Shown: positions 57,071 through 64,000 of the stretch, piece by piece
Numbering within the stretch: the stretch's first letter is position 1
How the letters are laid out: every line of letters starts with the position of its first letter
Source of the DNA: a virus
Strand: one strand, 5' to 3'
Length of the DNA: 64,000 nucleotides
Virus record (IMG/VR): IMGVR_UViG_3300033182_000538
Span: 64,001 to 128,000 of that record
Translations under genes and position numbers: made by a program
Notes under the pieces: generated by a model
What the model was told of the DNA's origin: nothing
Databases searched by the model: none
What the model saw: the letters and a program-made list of their open reading frames with translations, nothing else

Positions 57071-57832
57071 TTATTCGTTGAATAAATCATCAAAAGCATC
57101 CTTCACATTAGCAGCTGGTGAAGTAGCTTGAGTTGTTTGAGTTGTTTCAGCTTTTGGTTCTTCTTTGGTATCTGATACCTCGCCAGTTTCCAACCACTGC
57201 TTCAACATATTTTCCATTTCTTCGTAAGATACCTTCTTGAACATACTTGGAAGTTCAATCTGGTCTTTAGCCAAATTCAAGATGTTTGAATCTTCTGAAA
57301 TAGCTGATGTGTTTGGTTTTACTCTGATGTAAGTCTCAGGATAAGTTTTACCCAACTCAGCTGCAGTTTTGAATTCTACGGTAATATCACGACCATTTAC
57401 AGGATCAGTCAAATCACCATAATCAGGGTCAGCGAAGAAACCAAGAAGTTCTTGATATACATTCTTACCGAATCCCCAAAACTTAACACCTTCAGATTCT
57501 TCACCACGAACCAATACTGGAACGTAAGTTCTCATCTTAGGAGTCAGTTTTCTTGAAAGTTGGTAATCTTCACGAGAACCAGTCGCTTTCAATTTTTCTG
57601 CGAACTCTAATAGTGGGTCAGCTTCACCAAAAGAAGATGGTGAAATAATGTTCTTACCACCAAATCCAAAGTGGAAGTATAATTCAATAAATGGATTTGA
57701 AGGGTTGTGTACATAAGGCAAAATGCGAATTTGTTGTTTGCCTGGTTGAGGTTTCCAAAGATTATCAGTCTTTGTTACTTTTGTTTGAAGTGTATTCAAA
57801 CGATTGCGGATTGCGTCTAAATCAATAGCCAT
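57071..57832 (-). CDS. Single-stranded DNA-binding protein (T4 gp32-like)
   Basis: LWKP...IRILP, GVKFWGFGK, DYGDLTDPVNGRD, acidic tail AFDDLFNE. Confidence 0.85.
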   Translation of the reverse strand: MAIDLDAIRNRLNTLQTKVTKTDNLWKPQPGKQQIRILPYVHNPSNPFIELYFHFGFGGKNIISPSSFGEADPLLEFAEKLKATGSREDYQLSRKLTPKMRTYVPVLVRGEESEGVKFWGFGKNVYQELLGFFADPDYGDLTDPVNGRDITVEFKTAAELGKTYPETYIRVKPNTSAISEDSNILNLAKDQIELPSMFKKVSYEEMENMLKQWLETGEVSDTKEEPKAETTQTTQATSPAANVKDAFDDLFNE

Positions 57833-57987
57833 AATTGTACCTTTTTTTAATTATTAATTGTTAAACTTGTCATTAATATACAACATTTGGGTGACAAATC
57901 CAAATGTTTTTTCAATTTTTTTTTCAATGTTCAATTTTGTAGTGATACTACCTGTATAAATATTGGCCTACAACTAATAACACTAAT

Positions 57988-58710
57988 TTACGCAGGTTTT
58001 CTTCTATTTGCTACTAAGTTATTTTGTGCAATCTCTTTGTTGGACAATGCCCTATCATACAAACATAACATTTTTACATTTGCGGCTAAGAAAGAACTTG
58101 CACCTGTGAATAACTCATCAAACACCATAGGTGCAGTTGGCGTGGTTGCCCAATATGAGTTTGAACCTGGGTCTAATATTGTTGCATTTGCTCCATTTAC
58201 ACTTGTAGAGGTTCTACCATTTACCGCAGTACCAAATGCGTATGATGAATATCCCGTAGATGCCATATCACTGTGCGCAGCAGTACCTGCGTATGAGATA
58301 TTATCTTTGTAGTGGAAATGGTCTGCGCCTGTACCATATTGACCAAATTCGTATTTGTGACTATTTGATGGATTGTGATATATGAAGTAATTCCAACCAC
58401 CACTTGACTGAGATGGTAAATCCCAAACTACCCAAAAGGTAAATCCAGTATGTACATCGATTGAGAAATTAGAACCCCAGGTCAGTTTGTCGTTAGACCC
58501 ATCAAATTGAAATTCATCGGTGTTAAATGTAGCACCTACAATAGTAGCGTCATTATTATTACCACTCAAATCATACCAAGTATTACCACTACCAGGATAT
58601 GATTTAGGATTCTCGGCATCCAAGAACAAAATCAGAGAATCATCAATAATTAGGTGTGGGTTTACCTCACCTTTCCCTAAAATACTTGTATTTGAAATTT
58701 GAACACTCAC
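57988..58710 (-). CDS. LamG/concanavalin A-like lectin domain protein (probably virion)
   Basis: LDAENPKSYPGSGNTWYDLSG, FDGSND, YDRALSNKEIAQN. Confidence 0.85.
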   Translation of the reverse strand: MSVQISNTSILGKGEVNPHLIIDDSLILFLDAENPKSYPGSGNTWYDLSGNNNDATIVGATFNTDEFQFDGSNDKLTWGSNFSIDVHTGFTFWVVWDLPSQSSGGWNYFIYHNPSNSHKYEFGQYGTGADHFHYKDNISYAGTAAHSDMASTGYSSYAFGTAVNGRTSTSVNGANATILDPGSNSYWATTPTAPMVFDELFTGASSFLAANVKMLCLYDRALSNKEIAQNNLVANRRKPA

Positions 58711-58756
58711 TAAAATACCAATTTAATTTACACTAATATAAATATCCCGATTACTT

Positions 58757-59539
58757 TTATTTAATAAACTTTTTTCTCGTTGTCATCCAACTACCATCCA
58801 TATAAGTTACTTCTGGCCTACCTAATAACTCATCTACTGCTCTTGTAACCCCATCGTGTTGATTATTTTGACCGTAATCGTGTCCAGCCAAAATCATAGA
58901 TGTTTTGAATCTATAATCAAAAATATCTTTGTAAATATCTTCATATTTATGAGACCCATCAATGTATATAAAGTCAAAATGACCATCAACAAACGAATTT
59001 GCTAAATTGTAACTATAATCTCTATGGTAAACAATTTTATTTTTGAACAATCGTGTATTTGTAAAAAAGTCTGACTGAACGCTATTCCAATCTTCCGTAA
59101 ATAACTCATTTGCCTCTTCATACCCAGCGTGAGGGTCTATACAATGTATTTCATCAAATAATCCAGAAGCAGCAAACATAAGTGTAGATTCACCTTTGTA
59201 TGACCCAATCTCTAACATTCTTCTACGTTTTCTTGGAGCGTGTATTGTCGGATTTATCCCAGCACCCCTTTGAGTTGTGTCATCAATATAAAATTTATTG
59301 TGAACATCTTGTAGTAAATGTGTTAATCCAAAAAAATGGTTGTTAAAGTAAAACTTACCAAACCATTCTCGTGGTGGATTGAATCTTAAACTGTAATTGT
59401 TTGGATTTTTCTCTTTAGGTCTAAACGGAAATAGCGGAGATTTCACTTTTTTACCATTCACCTCAGCATCTACTTCTTCAGGCGTATTGGATGAAAAGCT
59501 AATATTGCTAAAATCCTCAATAACTTCTTGTTCTTGCAT
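58757..59539 (-). CDS. Class I SAM-dependent methyltransferase (Methyltransf_24-like)
   Basis: LEIGSYKGES, CIDP, FDFIYIDGSHKYE, GHDY. Confidence 0.9.
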   Translation of the reverse strand: MQEQEVIEDFSNISFSSNTPEEVDAEVNGKKVKSPLFPFRPKEKNPNNYSLRFNPPREWFGKFYFNNHFFGLTHLLQDVHNKFYIDDTTQRGAGINPTIHAPRKRRRMLEIGSYKGESTLMFAASGLFDEIHCIDPHAGYEEANELFTEDWNSVQSDFFTNTRLFKNKIVYHRDYSYNLANSFVDGHFDFIYIDGSHKYEDIYKDIFDYRFKTSMILAGHDYGQNNQHDGVTRAVDELLGRPEVTYMDGSWMTTRKKFIK

Positions 59540-59546
59540 TATAAAC

Positions 59547-59945
59547 TTATTTTACATCAACTATTCTGAATAGAGATGTTTTTAAAACTTTATACCCATC
59601 ACCATCGGTTAAAATCATAGAATTTCTATAATTTTCCCAATTTACTTGATAGCTTTTATCAACAACCCCACCATTTAGATTTGATATCAATCTATTAAGA
59701 GCGTTGATAGTGTACATTGTATTTGTTTCTTTTTTTCTATGTGTCAATATTGTACTACTTAAAAATTTAGTATTATGATTTGGTATAATATTGTAACTCA
59801 CAACTAATTCGTTTGAAGGAGATAGTTTGAATATGAATATTTTTCTACTATATAAGTCAAATTGATTGATGTCTTGTAATATGGACTCAAAATTATCTTC
59901 ATTAGTAAATGTACATAGTAATTGTGTTCTCACCCATATCTCCAA
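59547..59945 (-). CDS. Hypothetical phage protein
   Basis: QLLCTFT...HRKKETNTMYTINALN...VNWENY; start may be GTG at VRTQ. Confidence 0.75.
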   Translation of the reverse strand: MEIWVRTQLLCTFTNEDNFESILQDINQFDLYSRKIFIFKLSPSNELVVSYNIIPNHNTKFLSSTILTHRKKETNTMYTINALNRLISNLNGGVVDKSYQVNWENYRNSMILTDGDGYKVLKTSLFRIVDVK

Positions 59946-61784
59946 TTATTTCTTTAAAAGACCTGTACCTTGGTCTTCCATATCAACGATATCATCTTCA
60001 AATTTCTTCAAAGCTTTTGGACTCCAATCATCCGTGTTGAACGTACCTTGTTTCAATGCGTGAGCCATAAATGGAGTTTGTGCCATTTCCATAACAGGAG
60101 AAGCTCCTATACCACGAGTTCTACCTTTCATATAAAACAATGGGTACTTTTTATTGTTCTCGTGTTTGAATAATATTTGGCCTGAATCATAGTCGATTTC
60201 TATCGAATCTTGTATTACTCGATTCAACTCTTCTTTCGAAGTATTTCCTTTTCTTACCTCATTTAGGTCTTCATCTAAAGTTTGTTTGAATCTTGACCCA
60301 AATAATGTGATAAGAGTATTTTCATTTAATACAGCCCCATCAGGGTCAATACCATATGTAGTCATAAACTCATCTACACCACCATCTTTTATGGTTTCGT
60401 TTAATCCTAAAGTTTCAGAGATATGCATTGATTTTATAATGTGAGATTTCATACCTCTTTTAGCATCTTCAGATGAATTTATAGCATCAAAAGCCCTTTT
60501 AGTCAATCCATTATCAGATTCTCTGAGATGTTTGTATTCTTTAACGTGGTAAGTTTGTAGTAATTTAGCGTAAGCTTTTTGCTCATTACTATTGGCTGTA
60601 CCTAATTCGATTTTCTTGATTAAAGTTTGAGGGTCACTAAGTATCTTAAAATAAGTTTCTCTACTCGAACCCATAAATTGTTTTTGGTCTTGTGGATTTT
60701 CTAATAGCTTTTTATATGATTCCTCAATCTCTCTAGCTCCAACTGTACCCGTTACATATTTGAATCTATCTTCCAAATCTTGTTTGTATGCATCGATAGA
60801 CATAGCTTCTGATAACCTTTTGTGGTCATTTGCATTCATTGTACCTTCTAAGTCAGCCAACAATAATTCAGATTGTTTAGCCCATCCACCATTATTTAAA
60901 AATACAGCACCATCTTTTTTGAGAGATACCCCAATATTTTTACCATCTTTTGTTCTAACGAACATATCCGATGATGTTTCAAGATTTGGGTCTACACCAA
61001 TCGCTGTTCTACCTTCTGGCGTATCCCACGATACAGTATCTATATTTTCCGAACCAATTGTTTCACTAATTTTCGTTAAAGTAGCTGATGCTGATTTTAC
61101 CCACTTTTTACCCGATGATGTATTTAGAACGTGGTCTTTTGAATTTACAACTTGGTTGAAATATTCGGAAATTTCTTCAATTGACTTACCCTCTTGCATC
61201 ATTCTAAGCCCTTTATGAACCATAGCTTCACCAGCTCTTGATTCAGCTGTACCAGCACCTACACCTTTTACACCTTTTTGTTTGGCTTGTGCAGCGGCTT
61301 CGGTTTTTGTCATCATCAATTGTTTATCAGTAATTTCGTGGTCTTTTGAGGTAAGTTCTGATTTAGTTTGGTTTGTACTATCTGACCCTTGTGGTTTATT
61401 TGTAGATTTAGCATCTTTCTCAGCTTGAGTCATCATAGCTTCTTGGTCAGATTTAGAAAACTTTTCATCATCTTTCTTTTCTTCACCATCAGGTTGTATG
61501 GCTGTATACTTATCACCATCCTTTTTAAATCTCTGAGCGTCTTTCTTGTCCTCATCACCCTTTTTAACGTAAACACCCTTACCAACGTGAGAGTATTTAT
61601 CATCATCATCGGCTTCTAATAGATTTACAATAAGTTTTTCTGCGATTTCTTCACCCAATAGTTCGGATGCTACTTTATATGTAGCTTTCAAGGATTCTTC
61701 GGTAGTAATACCCTCATTTAAGGATATACCTACTTCATTCCAAACTTTTTTAGCGATGTAATTGATAAGTTTCTTCATAACCAT
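59946..61784 (-). CDS. Large probable head-cargo protein with PD-(D/E)XK nuclease-like domain
   Basis: Leader to LLE-A, K/D-rich linker, then SRAGEA...TSSDMFV...GVSLKK (E...D...SLK). Confidence 0.55.
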   Translation of the reverse strand: MVMKKLINYIAKKVWNEVGISLNEGITTEESLKATYKVASELLGEEIAEKLIVNLLEADDDDKYSHVGKGVYVKKGDEDKKDAQRFKKDGDKYTAIQPDGEEKKDDEKFSKSDQEAMMTQAEKDAKSTNKPQGSDSTNQTKSELTSKDHEITDKQLMMTKTEAAAQAKQKGVKGVGAGTAESRAGEAMVHKGLRMMQEGKSIEEISEYFNQVVNSKDHVLNTSSGKKWVKSASATLTKISETIGSENIDTVSWDTPEGRTAIGVDPNLETSSDMFVRTKDGKNIGVSLKKDGAVFLNNGGWAKQSELLLADLEGTMNANDHKRLSEAMSIDAYKQDLEDRFKYVTGTVGAREIEESYKKLLENPQDQKQFMGSSRETYFKILSDPQTLIKKIELGTANSNEQKAYAKLLQTYHVKEYKHLRESDNGLTKRAFDAINSSEDAKRGMKSHIIKSMHISETLGLNETIKDGGVDEFMTTYGIDPDGAVLNENTLITLFGSRFKQTLDEDLNEVRKGNTSKEELNRVIQDSIEIDYDSGQILFKHENNKKYPLFYMKGRTRGIGASPVMEMAQTPFMAHALKQGTFNTDDWSPKALKKFEDDIVDMEDQGTGLLKK

Positions 61785-61790
61785 AAATAT

Positions 61791-63017
61791 CTAAATATTA
61801 ACCTTAACCATATCTTTATAATTTTCCCCAATTTCCACTTCAGTAGGAAATCCATCAACTTCCATTATTTGTTTTATCCCAACTATAAACTCATCTTTAT
61901 CATCTGGATGTAAGTCAAACAAAAGTGAGTCATATGTATAAAGAATTGGCAAGGAGTTTTCACATAATTGTGATTTTGACAATTTCTCTAATATAAGTAT
62001 GTTTCTTTCAGTCTCAACGGCCTGAAGGATATAGTTAAATAGTTTATTTTTGTTCAAATTTGAATCAAAGACTATCTTTCTACCAAGAATTGGTGTATAT
62101 ACTTCTTTCTTTAGTAAGAATTCACTCCAAAGGGATTCCACATAATCTGAGGTTTTTTTGAAGAATGGAATATGTTTGTATTCATCTTGAACACCCCCAT
62201 ATAATTGTCTAAACGTGATTGCCTTTGCATCCTTGAGGTCAGCACCATATTGGTCTGCCAACCATTTGTGTGCTTTGATGTCCAATGGTATGTCTACACC
62301 TATCAATTTAGCAATCAAACGAATGTGATACCCATCAAAGTCTAATTGACATAATTTACCACCCTCAAATCGTGATATAAATCTTTTACGAGTATCTCCA
62401 TCTTTTGGAAGTGCTGCATAGTTGACTCCACCAAAAGTATTAGATGGTCTTGAGGTCGTAGTCAACATATTATATTGTGTATATTCAGTTATATGTGAAT
62501 CCGTATAAAGACCCCCCAATTCCACCCAATTGTATGTTTTCGGATATAATTGAGCGAATTTGCTAGGTTTCACATCCACCCACTTCTTCTTCCACTCTTG
62601 GAATTGTTCGTAGTGTTTCCAAATTGGGATGAGGTCGTTTGCTTTGGGTGCTTTCCTTCTTCTGAATATGGTGTAGATGGGTTTTTCCTCTACATCAAAG
62701 TCTCTTGCTTCGTGGAATAGACTCATTTCGAGGTCATACATATTAGGTAGGAAATCGTAGTGGTGTAAGAACTCTTTCATTCCCACTATCATCACCTCTT
62801 CGAATCGACTGAAGTCTATTCCATCCCAAACACAATCTGCATCTATGTTGTTATAATTCACAAATAGGTCAGTTACCCCATCGGATATCAAAACAGCGGA
62901 TATACGAGTTTGGTGAGGGTGTTTCTCCAAACTGGTTAGAATGGGAAACACCAACACCTTACTTGACAGGGCAGAGATGCGTTTATGTAATCTTTCGTTT
63001 GTATCTACTATCTTCAC
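61791..63017 (-). CDS. Minimal family A DNA polymerase
   Basis: TTTSRPS, motif A LDFDGYHIRL, motif B KAITFRQLYG, NYILQ, motif C YTYDSLLFD; only 408 aa. Confidence 0.85.
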   Translation of the reverse strand: MKIVDTNERLHKRISALSSKVLVFPILTSLEKHPHQTRISAVLISDGVTDLFVNYNNIDADCVWDGIDFSRFEEVMIVGMKEFLHHYDFLPNMYDLEMSLFHEARDFDVEEKPIYTIFRRRKAPKANDLIPIWKHYEQFQEWKKKWVDVKPSKFAQLYPKTYNWVELGGLYTDSHITEYTQYNMLTTTSRPSNTFGGVNYAALPKDGDTRKRFISRFEGGKLCQLDFDGYHIRLIAKLIGVDIPLDIKAHKWLADQYGADLKDAKAITFRQLYGGVQDEYKHIPFFKKTSDYVESLWSEFLLKKEVYTPILGRKIVFDSNLNKNKLFNYILQAVETERNILILEKLSKSQLCENSLPILYTYDSLLFDLHPDDKDEFIVGIKQIMEVDGFPTEVEIGENYKDMVKVNI

Positions 63018-63021
63018 AAAT

Positions 63022-63055
63022 ACTAATATACGAAATTATTCCTTAATATCCAAAT
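63022..63055 (-). promoter_or_regulatory. Bacteroidota-type -33/-7 promoter
   Basis: Sense TTTGgatattaaggaataatttcgTATATTAG (20-nt spacer), a few nt before the GTG start. Confidence 0.75.
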
Positions 63056-63060
63056 ATCTA

Positions 63061-63291
63061 TCACTTTAGATGATATGAGTATTTGTAACCACAATCATCA
63101 TCGTAGTCAGACTCCTCAACTGCGGTGTTAAGATGACCAAGAATTTCGTTCAGTTTAGTAACATCAACTTGTTTCCAATATCCAAATCTTAGATAGACAT
63201 CATTATCTCCACCCCAAACTTGACCAATTTCAAAGTCACCAAATACTTGATTGATTTTCTCAAGAACTTTAAAAGCGAGTTTGTTTCTCAT
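63061..63291 (-). CDS. Hypothetical early protein
   Basis: ORF track; LRFGYW, DDDCG. Confidence 0.7.
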   Translation of the reverse strand: MRNKLAFKVLEKINQVFGDFEIGQVWGGDNDVYLRFGYWKQVDVTKLNEILGHLNTAVEESDYDDDCGYKYSYHLK

Positions 63292-63294
63292 ATC

Positions 63295-63510
63295 TTATCT
63301 ATAAAGAGTTACTATTGAACCGAAGTTCTTATCAAACACTTGAAGAAGGTTTTCGTAATCACCACTCTTCATTTCTTCCATAATTTGGTTACCATCCAAC
63401 CCCAATTGGGAAGCCAGTTTTTTGGCAGTCCCAAGAAGGAAGAATGCGTTCCCTTGAGGACCTGTTAGGTCAATCTCAATTCCGTTGGTTTTGGGTTTCT
63501 GAACAATCAT
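63295..63510 (-). CDS. Small hypothetical phage protein
   Basis: IEIDLTGPQGNAFFLLG...MKSGDYENL. Confidence 0.75.
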   Translation of the reverse strand: MIVQKPKTNGIEIDLTGPQGNAFFLLGTAKKLASQLGLDGNQIMEEMKSGDYENLLQVFDKNFGSIVTLYR

Positions 63511-63513
63511 ATC

Positions 63514-63786
63514 TTACTTGTTTAGTTCAATCATACTTAGTGGGACATTGTAAGAACCATATCCGTTCAACACCTTGAGAACTGCCTTAGTTCGGTTAAT
63601 TTTCTCAACTCGGAGTTGTTTACCCTTCATCTTAGGGTGATTAACACTCACATTAGCACCGACATAAAGTTGTTGCTTCATTTCGTAACCTTCTAAGGTT
63701 CTCTTACTTTTGATAACTTCAACTACTTTAGAGTTTAACTCCCTTAGTTGTTCAATTGTCATTTGATTTAATTCTGAATAAGTCAT
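63514..63786 (-). CDS. Small coiled-coil + SH3-like early protein
   Basis: LYVGANVSV...VEKINRTKA...YNVPLSMI. Confidence 0.7.
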   Translation of the reverse strand: MTYSELNQMTIEQLRELNSKVVEVIKSKRTLEGYEMKQQLYVGANVSVNHPKMKGKQLRVEKINRTKAVLKVLNGYGSYNVPLSMIELNK

Positions 63787-63808
63787 AAATTGTTTTTTAT
63801 ATGTTTAA

Positions 63809-63882
63809 CTCTCAATCTTACAGTACTAAAGTACCACTTTTTTTTCACTTTTCCAAATTTCTAATGTTAAGAAATTGTTAAA
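63809..63882 (-). promoter_or_regulatory. Extended early promoter repeat, copy 6
   Basis: Sense ttaacaatttcttaacattagaaaTTTGgaaaagtgaaaaaaaagtggTACTTTAGtactgtaagattgagag; both ends near-identical to copy 2, 60 kb away. Confidence 0.8.
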
Positions 63883-64000
63883 CTTTTGCGAACTGAGTTA
63901 GATTATTTAGATAAAATTCTAACCCTTCAAAGTCGTTTTTGTATATATTGATGGTTCTTCTATTAGTGTCTATGATACCACTATCCAATCCAACATCGTT

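Noticed and set aside
508-61619. All plus-strand ORFs in the track (e.g. 10293..10769, 57887..58312, 60760..61218)
   Set aside because: They lie antisense to well-supported minus-strand genes and show no recognisable motifs; shadow ORFs
1-64000. Stop-codon reassignment (as in some Bacteroidota phages)
   Set aside because: Conserved genes are full length under code 11, and TAA, TAG and TGA all terminate genes at sensible positions

Overview
A 64 kb, AT-rich segment of a large tailed phage genome with a T4-like replisome. Essentially every real gene is on the minus strand and tightly packed; the plus-strand ORFs are shadows. At least 15 intergenic copies of TTTG/TTGG-N19-21-TAnnTT(T/A)G match the Bacteroidota primary-sigma promoter and point to a Bacteroidota (probably Flavobacteria-like) host. 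In transcription order (right to left) the window holds: small early genes and a minimal family A DNA polymerase (64-61.8 kb); a probable virion nuclease, methyltransferase and LamG protein; a replication block with SSB, RecA/UvsX, 5'-3' exonuclease, helicase, NrdB/NrdA/thioredoxin, PolB, clamp, clamp loader and a Cas4-like exonuclease (58-35 kb); an about 18 kb nucleotide-sugar/glycosyltransferase cluster (34-16 kb); a late region with endolysin, holin-like protein, a predicted outer-membrane beta-barrel, membrane coiled-coils and probable head-cargo enzymes (15.5-5.8 kb); and more early genes including GroES. Best candidate for an undescribed system: a DNA-modification module interleaved with the replisome (two tandem Mom-like proteins, a DUF4338/DruA-like protein, a GT-B glycosyltransferase, a MazG-like NTP-PPase and DUF1599), several of whose members carry a terminal Q-(x)-F-[FW] peptide resembling the polymerase C-terminus, suggesting clamp-tethered, replication-coupled modification. 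Second candidate: the beta-barrel + redox-dead thioredoxin + coiled-coil envelope module beside the lysis genes. All annotations come from motif recognition by eye; no database searches were run.
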